Shown: positions 12,222-22,210 of the stretch, piece after piece
Position numbering within the stretch: the first letter of the stretch is position 1
Layout: each line of letters starts with the position of its first letter
Origin: Myxococcota bacterium
GTDB lineage: Bacteria; Myxococcota_A; Polyangia; Polyangiales; Sandaracinaceae
Direction: 5' to 3'
DNA: 64,000 nt
Assembly: GCA_036149055.1 (NCBI GenBank)
Contig: JAYZQJ010000081.1
Span: 1 to 64,000 of the forward strand
Translations under genes and position numbers: made by a program
The notes under the pieces: model-generated
Databases searched by the model: none
What the model was told of the DNA's origin: nothing
What the model saw: only the letters and a program-made list of their open reading frames with translations

Positions 12222-14036
12222 TCAGAGCGCCGTGCGGAGGAGGAGCTCGTCGTTGGTGGCGGCGCCGAGCTTGAGCGCGCGGAAGGCGACGCTGCTGGGC
12301 GGGCGCGTGGTCGTGGTCACCAGGTACTGGAAGCCCGGGGCGTTGGTGCTGTCCTCGAGCCAGCTGACGAGGCGGTAGAGCGCGTCGTAGTGCGAGCGGG
12401 CGAGGTCCGCCTCGCGGGGGCTGTCGTGGATCCAGAAGCCCGGCAGCGCGGCGTTGCCCTCGCTCGCGAGGATCAGCGCGGTCAGGTCGAGCGCGAGGGT
12501 CTCCATGACCCGCATCGCCGGGCTCGTGCCGCGGCGGCCGTCGGCCATGCGGATGCCCGCCTCGAAGCCGGTGGTGCCGAGCGCGAAGCGGCCGCGGCTG
12601 TCCTGACCGGCGAGGCGACGCACCACGAAGTCGTAGGTGTCGCGGACCCGGCCGACCGCCTTGGCGTGGGCCCGGAGCGCCCGCTCCCGGTCGGCGCGCG
12701 CGGCGGCGAGCTCCTTCTGCACCGCGGCCAGTTCGTCGGCGAGGGCGCGGCGGCGCTCGAGGTGGCGCGCGAGGTCCTTGGCGCGGCCGAGGCGCTCGCG
12801 GGCGTCGGCCCAGCGGAGCCGCGCCTTGCGGGCCCCGTCGCGCTCCTTCTGCTGCGCCTTGGCGAACCGGCGGCGCGCGGTCTCGAGCTTCTTCTCGGCC
12901 CGGGCGTGCGCCTTCTCCTGCCGCGCGATCGCGCGCTGAGCGGTCTTGATCGGGTCGCGGCGGCGGCCGCTCGCGGTGCGCGCGAAGGCCTCCTCGCAGG
13001 AGGCGTGGCAGAGGCCGCAGTCGGCGTCCTCGCCGGCGAACGAGCGGAGCGCCTCGAGCCGGGCGCGCTCGACCGCCTCGTCGACCCGCGCCTGCTCCAG
13101 CTTGGCCCGCGCCTTGGCGAGCCCCTCCGGCTCGCTCGCGGCCGCGTCGAGCGTGTCGACCTCGCCCTCGAGCTGGCGCACGACCGCGGCGAGCACGAGC
13201 GGCTGCTCGACCAGCTCGGCCGCCTCGCCGTGCCCCTCGCGCTCCAGCCGGCACGAGAGCCAGGCGACCTCCCGCTCGCAGTCGGCGAGGCGTCGGATGG
13301 TCTGCTTCTCGCGGTGCTCGAGGCCGGCCACCGCCTCCTCGGTCGCGAGGTCCTCGTCGGCGCGCACGTTCAGCAGCGAGCGGATCGCGCGGACGCGCTG
13401 CACCTGGGCCACCCGCGCCATCTTGCTGGCCGGGGTCGCGATGCGATCGCGCCAGCGGAGCGGCCCGCCGAAGCGACGCTCCTGGTCGCGGCTCATCCAC
13501 GAGAGCGCGGCCAGCCACGGATCGCCGAGCGGCCGCAGGGTCTCGAGCGCGTCGCCGAGGGTGCCGCGGAGCGCGTCGAGGAACTCGTCGTAGCCACCGT
13601 CTTCGCTCGGCTCGAGCACCTCCTCGAGGAACGAGGCTCGCAGCGCGGAGGAGCCGCGCGAGGCGTCGAACGGGCGGCGCACCGCCCACGGCTCGCCGTC
13701 GACGAAGACCTCGGCGGCCACGTAGCCCTCGGGGAACTTCGCGACGAGCGCCGCCGCGTCCTCCGGCGAGGTGATGTCGGGCTCGCCGAGCACGTGGCGC
13801 AGCATGCGCACGAGCAGCGTCTTGCCCGCGCCGTGGCCGATCTTGCTGCCGACGCGCTCGTCCGGCTCGGCGTCGGGCGCCCAGACGACGTTGAGCCCGG
13901 GCTGCAGGGTCAGGCGACGGAGCTCGCGGCCGGGCGCGGCGAAGATCGCCACGTGGCGCATCCACACCCGCGGCTCGGTGCGGGTGGGGCGGGGGACGAA
14001 GGGCTCGTCGAGCGTGAGGAAGGTCTGGGTACCCAC
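12222..14036 (-). CDS. SMC-like ABC ATPase (ABC-3C / Lamassu LmuB-like)
   Basis: GLNVVW...GHGAGKT Walker A, coiled coil with central CGLC, FWIHDSPREAD Walker B and FQYLVTT; start uncertain (GTG 14036; frame open to 14093). Confidence 0.75.
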   Translation of the reverse strand: MGTQTFLTLDEPFVPRPTRTEPRVWMRHVAIFAAPGRELRRLTLQPGLNVVWAPDAEPDERVGSKIGHGAGKTLLVRMLRHVLGEPDITSPEDAAALVAKFPEGYVAAEVFVDGEPWAVRRPFDASRGSSALRASFLEEVLEPSEDGGYDEFLDALRGTLGDALETLRPLGDPWLAALSWMSRDQERRFGGPLRWRDRIATPASKMARVAQVQRVRAIRSLLNVRADEDLATEEAVAGLEHREKQTIRRLADCEREVAWLSCRLEREGHGEAAELVEQPLVLAAVVRQLEGEVDTLDAAASEPEGLAKARAKLEQARVDEAVERARLEALRSFAGEDADCGLCHASCEEAFARTASGRRRDPIKTAQRAIARQEKAHARAEKKLETARRRFAKAQQKERDGARKARLRWADARERLGRAKDLARHLERRRALADELAAVQKELAAARADRERALRAHAKAVGRVRDTYDFVVRRLAGQDSRGRFALGTTGFEAGIRMADGRRGTSPAMRVMETLALDLTALILASEGNAALPGFWIHDSPREADLARSHYDALYRLVSWLEDSTNAPGFQYLVTTTTRPPSSVAFRALKLGAATNDELLLRTAL

Positions 14037-14274
14037 GATGGCCGGGCACGTTACCCGGCGGTTCGGGGCCGAGCCATGGCTTTCCACCGCCAAATTGCGA
14101 TCGTCGGATCGCCCGGATCCGCTGATTCTCGGTCGAAACCCATGAAATCACGCCCGAAACCGCGGATCTCAGGCTTCTGGGCACCCTCACGACGGAGGCG
14201 ATCGCCACCGGGAAAGGGCGATCGCCCCTCGGGGCCGGGCTTGCGCGCAGGGGGCGCGGCCCCACATCGACCCC

Positions 14275-15045
14275 ATGGCGGGGGACACGCGGGTCGCCGT
14301 GGTGAGCGGCGGGAATCGAGGCATCGGGCGCGAGATCGCGCGGGGGCTGGTCGAGCGCGGCTTCGAGGTCGTCGCGACCAGCCGGAGCGACGCGGGCAAG
14401 GCCGACGTGGAGGCGGTCGGCGCGCGCTGGCGGCCGCTCGACGTGGCCCGTCGCGACAGCGTGGGCGCGTTCGCGGAGTCGCTCGAGGCGGTCGACGTGC
14501 TGGTGAACAACGCCGGCGTCGCGCTCGACGGCTTCGACGCGCAGGTCGTGCTCGACACGCTGGCGGTGAACTTCCTCGGCGCGATGCACCTGACCGACAC
14601 CCTGCTGCCGAAGATGCGGCGGGGCGCGCGGGTGGTGAACGTGTCGAGCGGGATGGGCGAGCTGTCGTGCCTGGGCCCGCGCCTCCGCGAGCGCTTCGCC
14701 TCGCCCGAGCTGACCCGGGACGAGCTCGTCACCCTGGTCGAGTCCTTCGAGCGCGACGTGGAGAGCGGCGCGCACGAGGAGCACGGCTGGCCCTCCTCGG
14801 CCTACCGGGTGTCCAAGGCGGCGCTCAACGCGCTGACCCGCGTGCTCGCGCGCGAGCTCGAGGGCGATCCGAGGCGCGTGCGGGTCAACGCCGCCTGCCC
14901 GGGCTGGGTCGCGACCGACATGGGCGGCCCCGGCGCGCCTCGCACCCCGGAGGAGGGCGCGGTCACCCCGCTCTGGCTCGCCACCGAGGCGCCGGCCGAG
15001 CTGACCGGCCGCTTCTTCCGGGATCGACGCGAAATCCCATTCTGA
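14275..15045 (+). CDS. Short-chain dehydrogenase/reductase (carbonyl reductase-like)
   Basis: SGGNRGIG, NNAG, YRVSK and CPGWVATDMGG. Confidence 0.93.
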   Translation: MAGDTRVAVVSGGNRGIGREIARGLVERGFEVVATSRSDAGKADVEAVGARWRPLDVARRDSVGAFAESLEAVDVLVNNAGVALDGFDAQVVLDTLAVNFLGAMHLTDTLLPKMRRGARVVNVSSGMGELSCLGPRLRERFASPELTRDELVTLVESFERDVESGAHEEHGWPSSAYRVSKAALNALTRVLARELEGDPRRVRVNAACPGWVATDMGGPGAPRTPEEGAVTPLWLATEAPAELTGRFFRDRREIPF

Positions 15046-15088
15046 GGCCTAAAAGGAGGGCGCCCCTCGGCCGATATGCCTCATCGAG

Positions 15089-15544
15089 ATGAAGGGTGAG
15101 CCCGTTTCTCTCGACATGGAGGTCGTGAGCCCCCGCGCCGTCGGCTCGCGCGCCCCTTCGGCGCCTCCGCCGGCCCGGAGCAGCCGCGCGCCCGAGCGGC
15201 GTCGGCGGAGAGACGACTTCTGGAGCCAGCTGGTGCCCAAGCTGGCCTTCGTCTCGTGGGGCTTCCTCCTGGTCGCCGCTGGCTTCTTCGCCTCGGCCCA
15301 GCCGCCGACCCAGCTCGGCTTCTTCGCGCGGCTCTCGACCCGGGTGGTGCGATCGTACTGGGACCGAGGCGATCTGGGGGTCGCGCTCGGCTGCTGCGGC
15401 GCCGCCTGGGGCATCTCGCTGTTCGCGATGATCGTGCACTCGCGCCGGATCGGCCGCGCCGACGACCGCGTGCACCTGCCCACCGTGATCGCCGGCGTCG
15501 CCGCCTCGGTCGCGATCGTCGGCATCGTCGCCATCCTCGTCTGA
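15089..15544 (+). CDS. Hypothetical membrane protein
   Basis: Three hydrophobic segments; fills the gap between flanking genes. Confidence 0.55.
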   Translation: MKGEPVSLDMEVVSPRAVGSRAPSAPPPARSSRAPERRRRRDDFWSQLVPKLAFVSWGFLLVAAGFFASAQPPTQLGFFARLSTRVVRSYWDRGDLGVALGCCGAAWGISLFAMIVHSRRIGRADDRVHLPTVIAGVAASVAIVGIVAILV

Positions 15545-15565
15545 AGCCCGTATAGGATCGGGGGC

Positions 15566-16012
15566 GTGATGCACGCCGCCGAGCGCAGGGTTCGCGTGGA
15601 GCTGGTCGGGGGCGCGTGCCTCGTGATGCCGGCGGCGGCGCCGCGGGTGGACGACATCGAGGCGCTGCGTACCGTCCTCGAGGAGGCGCTGGCGCGGGCT
15701 CCCCTGCCGCTCCTGTTCGTGGTGCCGGCCTCGATGTCGCTGCCCGGCGACGAGGCGCGTCACGCGATGCGCGCGCTGCTCTCGGACGTCGGTCCGCGGC
15801 TGAGCGCGGTGGCGGCGGTGATCGAGGGCCAGGGCTTTCGCGCGGCCGCCAAGCGGAGCGTGGTCACGTTCGTCACCGGAGTCCTCGCGCGCGACGTGCG
15901 GCTCCGCGTCTTCTCCGGGGTGGACGAGGCCTGCCTCTGGCTCGACGCGGTGGACCTCGAGGCGATCGGCGCCGCCGTCGCCCGGGCCCGGGTCCAGCTC
16001 GACCCGGCGTAG
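15566..16012 (+). CDS. Hypothetical STAS/SpoIIAA-like protein
   Basis: AVIEGQGFRAA...RVFSGVDEACLWL pattern; TAGGAT -10 box 7 nt upstream. Confidence 0.6.
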   Translation: MMHAAERRVRVELVGGACLVMPAAAPRVDDIEALRTVLEEALARAPLPLLFVVPASMSLPGDEARHAMRALLSDVGPRLSAVAAVIEGQGFRAAAKRSVVTFVTGVLARDVRLRVFSGVDEACLWLDAVDLEAIGAAVARARVQLDPA

Positions 16013-16027
16013 GGAGCGCGCCGGCCC

Positions 16028-16993
16028 TCAGCGGCTCGCGCGGCGGCGGAGGTGGTCGAGGGCCACGGCGGCGATGATGATGGCGCCGACCAAGATCTCT
16101 TGCACGTAGTTCGGCACCCCGGCGAGGGTGCAGCCGTTGGCGAGCACCGCCATGAAGAAGGCGCCGAGGAGCGCGCCGGCGATGCTGCCGCGGCCGCCGC
16201 TGAGGCTGCCGCCGCCGATGACCACCGCGGCGATCACGTCGAGCTCGAGGCCGATCGCGGTCGTGGGATCTCCGACGGTGAGCCGGCCGAGCTGCAGGAC
16301 CCCTGCGAGGCCGCCGAAGACGCCGGCGAGCACGTAGACGAGGACCTTCACCCGCTCCACCGGCACGCCGCAGAGGCGCGCGGTGGCCTCGCTCGAGCCG
16401 ATGGCGAAGGTGTGCACGCCGAAGACCGTGCGCCGCAGGAGAAGCGCCATCACCAGCGCCAGCGCCAGCGTGATCCACACGCCCTTGGCCAGGAGCAGCC
16501 AGCCGGGGTCCGGCGTCTTGGTCATCAGGTCGGCGAGCCAGCCCGCGTCGGCGTTCACCGTCTGCTCGTTGGCGAGGTACTTCGCGGCCCCGCGCGCGAT
16601 GCCCATCGTGCCGAGCGTCACGATGAACGGCACGATCGACAGACGCGTGATCAGCAGACCGTTGACCGCGCCGAGCGCCGCGCCGATCGCGACGCCGCCG
16701 AGGAGCGCGACCAGCTCGGGCTGGCCCTCCCGCAACAGGACGGCGGTGACCACGCTCGCGAGCGCGATCACCGAGCCGACGCTCAGGTCGATGCCGCCGC
16801 TGACCATCACCCAGGTCATGCCGATGGCGCCGAGCGCGACGATGACCGTCTGGGTGGCGATGGTCTTGAAGTTGTACGCGCTGAGGAACCGATCGGGCAC
16901 GAGGGCGGCGAACAGGATCATCACGAGCAGCAGCCCGATCGCCGGCCCCGCGACGTCGAGCGCCCGCTGCAGCCGCGCGCGGGCCCCGCTCAC
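16028..16993 (-). CDS. Monosaccharide ABC transporter permease (RbsC-like)
   Basis: GGIDLSVGS, PFIVTLG and ELDVIAAVVIGG; GTG start overlaps the ATPase stop. Confidence 0.93.
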   Translation of the reverse strand: MSGARARLQRALDVAGPAIGLLLVMILFAALVPDRFLSAYNFKTIATQTVIVALGAIGMTWVMVSGGIDLSVGSVIALASVVTAVLLREGQPELVALLGGVAIGAALGAVNGLLITRLSIVPFIVTLGTMGIARGAAKYLANEQTVNADAGWLADLMTKTPDPGWLLLAKGVWITLALALVMALLLRRTVFGVHTFAIGSSEATARLCGVPVERVKVLVYVLAGVFGGLAGVLQLGRLTVGDPTTAIGLELDVIAAVVIGGGSLSGGRGSIAGALLGAFFMAVLANGCTLAGVPNYVQEILVGAIIIAAVALDHLRRRASR

Positions 16994-18468
16994 GCCGCAC
17001 CTCGGATCGCCTCGTCGAGGATCTCCACCTCGGTCCACTCGCTCACGGGGCGCGGCGCGCCGAGGGCGCCGCGATGCATCACCGCGACGCGATCGCAGAC
17101 GCCGAGCAGCTCCGGCACGTAGCTGCTGACCATCAGCACCGACTTGCCCTGCGCGGCGAGCTCCCCGATCAGCCGATAGACCTCCACCTTGCTCCCGACG
17201 TCGATGCCGCGGGTGGGCTCGTCGAGCAGGAGCAGCTCGGCCTCCTGGTGCAGGAGCCGCGCGATCGCGACCTTCTGCTGGTTGCCGCCGCTCAGGGCGC
17301 CGACCGGCTGCTCGGCCGCGTCCATCTTGATGGCGAGCCGGGCCGACCACTTCTTCGTCACCGCGCTGCGGAGCCGGCGGTCGATCCACCCGAGGCGCGC
17401 GACCGGGCGGCTGAGCGTGAGGTTCTCGGCGATGGAGCGATCGAGCGCGAGCCCCTCCTCCTTGCGGTCCTCGCTCACCAGGCCGAGGCCCTGCGCGATG
17501 CGCCGACGCACCCCCGCGCCGCCGTCCACGTCGCCGCCGATCGTCACCCGACCGCGCCGCACCGGGTCGAGCCCCATCAGCGCGCGGAGCAGCTCGGTGC
17601 GGCCCGCGCCGACGAGGCCGGCGATCCCGAGGATCTCCCCGCGGCGCAGCGTGAAGCTCGCGCCCTCGGGCCGCTCTCGCCCGGACAGCGCCGAGACTTC
17701 GAGCAGCGGCTCGCCCGGCTCGTGCGGCACCCGCGGGTAGGCCTCGCCGAGGCTGCGCCCGACCATCTGCTCGACGATCGCGGCGATCTCGGTGTCGGCG
17801 ACACGACCGGTCGCCACCGTCTCGCCGTCGCGGAGCACGGTGTAGCGATCGGCGATCCGCTTCACCTCCTCGAGGAAGTGGCTGATGTAGACGATCGAGA
17901 CGTCGCGGGCGCGCAGGGCGCGGATCACCGCGTCGAGCTTCTCGGACTCGGCCGCGCTGAGCGACGAGGTCGGCTCGTCGAGCACCACGACCTTCGCCTC
18001 CCCGACCAGCGCCCGCCCGATCTCGACGAGCTGCCGCGCGCCGGGGCCGAGCTCGCGCACCGGGCGGTCCGGCGCGAGGTCGGGGTGATCCAGCACCGCG
18101 AGCGCGCGGTCGACGCGGGGGTCGGCGGACACGACGCCGAGGCGGCTGCGCTCGCGCCCGAGCACGAGGTTCTGGGCCACGGTCAGGTCGGGCGCGAGGT
18201 TCAGCTCCTGGTAGATCATCGCGACGCCCGCCCGCAGCGCGTCGACCGGCCGACGAGGCGCGTAGGCGACGCCGTCGAGGGTCATGCGTCCGTCGTCCGG
18301 CGCGTGCGCGCCGCTGAGCACCTTCATCAGCGTGCTCTTGCCGGCGCCGTTCTCGCCGACCAGCGCGTGCACCTCGCCGCGCCCCACCTCGAGGTCGACC
18401 CCGGCCAGCGCGACCACCGGGCCGAAGCGCTTCCGGATCCTCTCCATCGAGAGGAGCAGCTCGGTCAC
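16990..18468 (-). CDS. Monosaccharide ABC transporter ATP-binding protein (RbsA-like)
   Basis: GENGAGKST, two ABC domains, LSGGNQQK, DEPTRGIDVG; GTG start at 18468. Confidence 0.95.
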   Translation of the reverse strand: MTELLLSMERIRKRFGPVVALAGVDLEVGRGEVHALVGENGAGKSTLMKVLSGAHAPDDGRMTLDGVAYAPRRPVDALRAGVAMIYQELNLAPDLTVAQNLVLGRERSRLGVVSADPRVDRALAVLDHPDLAPDRPVRELGPGARQLVEIGRALVGEAKVVVLDEPTSSLSAAESEKLDAVIRALRARDVSIVYISHFLEEVKRIADRYTVLRDGETVATGRVADTEIAAIVEQMVGRSLGEAYPRVPHEPGEPLLEVSALSGRERPEGASFTLRRGEILGIAGLVGAGRTELLRALMGLDPVRRGRVTIGGDVDGGAGVRRRIAQGLGLVSEDRKEEGLALDRSIAENLTLSRPVARLGWIDRRLRSAVTKKWSARLAIKMDAAEQPVGALSGGNQQKVAIARLLHQEAELLLLDEPTRGIDVGSKVEVYRLIGELAAQGKSVLMVSSYVPELLGVCDRVAVMHRGALGAPRPVSEWTEVEILDEAIRGAA

Positions 18469-19454
18469 TCGCCCTCGAGGATCGACAGGTCGGGCGAGAG
18501 CAGGGCCGCCACCTCGGGCTGCTCCATGTTGTCGCGGGTGACCATGGTCGCGCCGGTGTCGACGCGCGCCTCGACCTCCTCCCCGTCGAGGCGAGAGACC
18601 GCGGTGCGCACCGCCAGGTCGCCCATGCGCTCGGGGTTCTGGAGCACGAGGCCGTGCACCTGCCCGGCCCGGAGCGCGGCCACGAGCCCCTCGTTCGCGT
18701 CGAAGCCGACGAGCTTCACGTCGCCGGCCCGGTTCCCCTCCTGCAGCGCCCGGAGCATGCCGAAGGTCGTCGACTCGTTCGGCGTGAACACGCCGTCGAC
18801 GTCCGGGTGGCGCACGAGGAGGTTCTCCGCCGTCTGGTAGGCGGTCTCGGTCGTGGCGCCGCCGTACTGGTTGTCGCTGACGATCTCGACGCCGGAGAAG
18901 CGCTCGCGCATCGTCTCGAGGAAGCCCGCCTCCCGGCGGCTCGTGGAGTCGGAGCCCTCCTGGTAGCGCATGACCATCACGGTGCCCTCCCCGCCGAGCA
19001 GCTCGTTCATGCGCTCCGCGGCGAGCACGCCGCCCTGGTAGTTGTCGGTGGCGACGAACGAGACGAGGCCGTCCCACTCGATGCCGCTGTCGAAGATCAC
19101 GACCGGGATGCCCTCGCGGCTCGCCTCGGTCGCGACCGGCACGAGGGCCATGCGGTCGAGGGGCGCGAGCACGATGGCGTCGACCCCGCGGCTGATCATG
19201 TCCTCGACCACTCGCACCTGCGCCGCGCGGTCGTCCTCCCGCTGCGGGCCCTGCCAGAGGATGTCGACGTCGAGCTCGTTCGCCGCCCGGAGCGCGCCCG
19301 CGTGGACCGAGCGCCAGAAGACGTGCGTGGTGCCCTTCGGGATCACCGCGATGGTGCGCCGAGACGCGCCCTCCCCCGAGCCGCCCGACGCGTCGCCCGC
19401 GCAGTCACACCCCACCAGGAACACCGCCAGCAGCGCCAGCACCAGGACTCGCAT
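18465..19454 (-). CDS. Sugar ABC transporter substrate-binding lipoprotein
   Basis: Lipobox LVGC, IPKGTTHVFW, ATDNYQGG, VGFD and LQNP. Confidence 0.92.
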   Translation of the reverse strand: MRVLVLALLAVFLVGCDCAGDASGGSGEGASRRTIAVIPKGTTHVFWRSVHAGALRAANELDVDILWQGPQREDDRAAQVRVVEDMISRGVDAIVLAPLDRMALVPVATEASREGIPVVIFDSGIEWDGLVSFVATDNYQGGVLAAERMNELLGGEGTVMVMRYQEGSDSTSRREAGFLETMRERFSGVEIVSDNQYGGATTETAYQTAENLLVRHPDVDGVFTPNESTTFGMLRALQEGNRAGDVKLVGFDANEGLVAALRAGQVHGLVLQNPERMGDLAVRTAVSRLDGEEVEARVDTGATMVTRDNMEQPEVAALLSPDLSILEGE

Positions 19455-19518
19455 GGCGGCAACGACATCGGACGGCGGGTGAAGTGTCAAGCGCCGCGCC
19501 GGTCACCCGACCGCAGGC

Positions 19519-20598
19519 TCATGATCCGGTGGCGGAGCTCGGCGTGTCGAGCAGGCGTCGGCAGATGGCGGCGCCGTCCTCCCACCCGAAGGCGCCGAGG
19601 AGGGAGACCGCCGCGAGCAGCGCCGCCGCGAGCAGGACCGCCAGGGGCGCGCGCCTCGGCGTCTCCCTCCTGCGCCAGAGCCCGGACTGACGAGGGCGAC
19701 GCCGACGGGGCGCCGCCTGCCCGCGGAGCGCGTCGGCCAGCTCGAGGGCCGAGCCGACGCGGTTCTCCCGCGACTTGGCGAGCGCGCGCATCAGGGTGCG
19801 GCGACCCTCGCGGGGCAACGCCTCCGCCACCGGGTGCGCGTCGACGGGCGTGGGATCGTCGAAGAGGTGGCGGTCCGCCCAGCCGGCGACGCCGTGGGCC
19901 GCGCGATAGGGCGAGCCGCCGGTCAGCAGCTCGTAGGCGATGAGCCCGAGCGCGTAGACGTCGGCGCGCGCGTCGACCGGCAGGCCGCAGAGCTGCTCCG
20001 GGCTCATGTAGCGCGGGGTGCCGAGGACCTCCCCGCGGAGCGAGATGTCGGGCCGCTCACCGAGGGGATCGGCCTTGGCGAGCCCGAAGTCGACGACCCG
20101 CACCCGGCGGCCCTCGACGATGACGTTCTCGGGCTTGAGATCCCGGTGCACGACCCCGCGCGCGTGGGCGTGCTCGAGGGCCGCCGCGATCTCGCCGATG
20201 ACGTGCAGCGCCTCGTCGAGCGGGACCGGCCCGCGCTCCATGCGCTCGGCCAGCGACTCGCCGCGGGCGAGCTCCATCACCATCGCCGGCGAGCCGTCGC
20301 TCAGCTCGGTGGCGGCGAGGAAGGCGACGATGTTCTCGTGGCGCAGCCGCCGGACCATCTCGTGCTCGCGGCGGAAGCGCGCGCGGAGCGCGGTCCCCTC
20401 GGCCGCGTAGGCGTGCAGCACCTTGATGGCGACGTCGGGCCCGCCGTCCGCGGCCTCGGCCCGGTAGACCGCGCCGGTGGAGCCGGCCCCGAGCGCCTCG
20501 CGCAGCCGCCATCGCCCGAGCACGGTCTCGCCGTCGCGCCGGCGCGCCCGGACCGGACGGTCCGGAGTGATGGAGGGCAACGTACGGCTCTCGCCCAT
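19519..20598 (-). CDS. Ser/Thr protein kinase with C-terminal TM helix
   Basis: GAGSTGAVY, VAIK, HRDLKPEN, DFG, GTPRYMSPEQ. Confidence 0.92.
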   Translation of the reverse strand: MGESRTLPSITPDRPVRARRRDGETVLGRWRLREALGAGSTGAVYRAEAADGGPDVAIKVLHAYAAEGTALRARFRREHEMVRRLRHENIVAFLAATELSDGSPAMVMELARGESLAERMERGPVPLDEALHVIGEIAAALEHAHARGVVHRDLKPENVIVEGRRVRVVDFGLAKADPLGERPDISLRGEVLGTPRYMSPEQLCGLPVDARADVYALGLIAYELLTGGSPYRAAHGVAGWADRHLFDDPTPVDAHPVAEALPREGRRTLMRALAKSRENRVGSALELADALRGQAAPRRRRPRQSGLWRRRETPRRAPLAVLLAAALLAAVSLLGAFGWEDGAAICRRLLDTPSSATGS

Positions 20599-20676
20599 GC
20601 TCCCCAGACAGACGCGCGACCCCGAATATTCGGCTCACGTGCGGCGACGTGCGCGGGACCCCATACTGGAGGCCGG

Positions 20677-21252
20677 ATGATGATCTTCGTCGAGGCGGCG
20701 CTGCAGATCTTCGCCGCGATCGCCTTCGGGCACCTGATCGCGCTCGGGGACCTCCTGGAGCGCCGGGGATACCGCTGGTTCCGGGGCGCGCCGCTCGCCA
20801 TCGGCGTCGGAGCCGGCGGCGTCGGCGTGGCGATGCTCCTGATCTCCACGCCCGGCGTGCACCACTTCTGGCTCGCGGGGCTCGCGAGCTGGGTGCTGCT
20901 CGGGCGCGTGCGACACCGCGGCGAGATCGTCATGGCGGTGATGCTCGCGCTCTACCTCGGCGTCTGGACGGTCGGGCTCGACAACCTCGACACCCGGGCC
21001 CTCGCCGGCATGTTCGGCGGCCTGATGGGCGTCGGCGTCCTGCAGCGCCTCGTGAAGCGCGCCCGCCCCAAGCTGCCCGACAGCGTGGTCGAGGAGCGCT
21101 GGGCCTGGTACGCGGTGGTCGCCGGCTACCTCTTCCTGGTGGAGATGGACCTCGGCTTCGCGTGCGCGGTCTGGGCCTTCCAGTCCGGCAAGGCCGACCT
21201 GAACGCGGGCAAGCTGCGCTCCTGGGGCGTCAAGCCGCCGCTCGGGAGCTGA
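20677..21252 (+). CDS. Hypothetical multi-pass membrane protein
   Basis: GGAGG upstream of ATG 20677; about six hydrophobic segments. Confidence 0.65.
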   Translation: MMIFVEAALQIFAAIAFGHLIALGDLLERRGYRWFRGAPLAIGVGAGGVGVAMLLISTPGVHHFWLAGLASWVLLGRVRHRGEIVMAVMLALYLGVWTVGLDNLDTRALAGMFGGLMGVGVLQRLVKRARPKLPDSVVEERWAWYAVVAGYLFLVEMDLGFACAVWAFQSGKADLNAGKLRSWGVKPPLGS

Positions 21253-22144
21253 CCCGCTCCAGCAGCCAGTCGCTGATCTCGGGCCAGAGCGCCCGGCGGC
21301 TGCGAGAGAAGAGGCCGAGGTGGCCGATCGCCGGGAGGTTGCGCTCCTCGGGACGGAGCACGCGCGTCTCCTTGTCGGCGTGCGGATAGAGCGAGAGCAG
21401 CCCCGAGGCGTTCTCGGGCGTCGCGATCTCGTCGTCGCTCGCGTAGACCGCGAGCCAGGGCGCCCGCAGCGCCGCGAAGCCCGGCTCCGCCGCCAGCTCG
21501 CCCGTGAAGTAGTCCGCGCGCCTGCCCCAGCGCGCCCACTCGCGGGCCACCCCCGCCGGGAGATCCTCGCCGAGCCCGAGCCGCTTGGCCGGCATGTAGC
21601 CGAAGAGCGAGGTCGCGGCCGGGATGCCGACGTACCAGAGGCTCGCCACGAACCACTTGTAGGGCGCCGGCATGTTGCCCCAGTAGCCGAAGCCGGTGCC
21701 GAAGGTGGCGACCGCGTCGATCGCCTCCGGCCGGTCGAGCAGCCCGAGCAGCTGCCCCCCGACGCTGTGGCCGACCACCAGCCGCGGTAGATCGGGCGCG
21801 CGCCGCTCGAGCCAGTCGAACGCCGCCGACGCGTCGAGGCGCGCCCAGTCCTGCTTGGTCGCGTCGAAGCCGCGCAGCGACGCGGGCCGGGACGAGCCCA
21901 CGCCCCGGAAGTCGAGGGTCAGGGTCAACAGCCCCCGGTCCGCGAGGTGGGCGGCGAAGGGCGCGTAGAAGCGGCGCGGGATCCCGGTGCCGCCCAGGAG
22001 CAGCACCGTCGCCCTCGGGGCGCCGACCGGCTCGTACAGCGACGCGCCCAGCCCGAGCCCGTCCCGGGCCTCGATGCGCACGTTGCGCCCGGGGACGCGT
22101 CGCCTTTGCTGTGATGAAATGCTCGCGTTGGACAGGTTTCCCAT
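21230..22144 (-). CDS. Alpha/beta hydrolase (COG4757-like)
   Basis: DFRGVG, GHSVGG nucleophile, DDEIA and IGHLGLF; divergent from a LysR gene. Confidence 0.88.
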   Translation of the reverse strand: MGNLSNASISSQQRRRVPGRNVRIEARDGLGLGASLYEPVGAPRATVLLLGGTGIPRRFYAPFAAHLADRGLLTLTLDFRGVGSSRPASLRGFDATKQDWARLDASAAFDWLERRAPDLPRLVVGHSVGGQLLGLLDRPEAIDAVATFGTGFGYWGNMPAPYKWFVASLWYVGIPAATSLFGYMPAKRLGLGEDLPAGVAREWARWGRRADYFTGELAAEPGFAALRAPWLAVYASDDEIATPENASGLLSLYPHADKETRVLRPEERNLPAIGHLGLFSRSRRALWPEISDWLLERVSSRAAA

Positions 22145-22210
22145 GCATCGAAGCTTTGGGCTGCCACGCAACGGTGCGTAGGCCTAGAATCGAGAAGTGG
22201 GTTTTCACGG

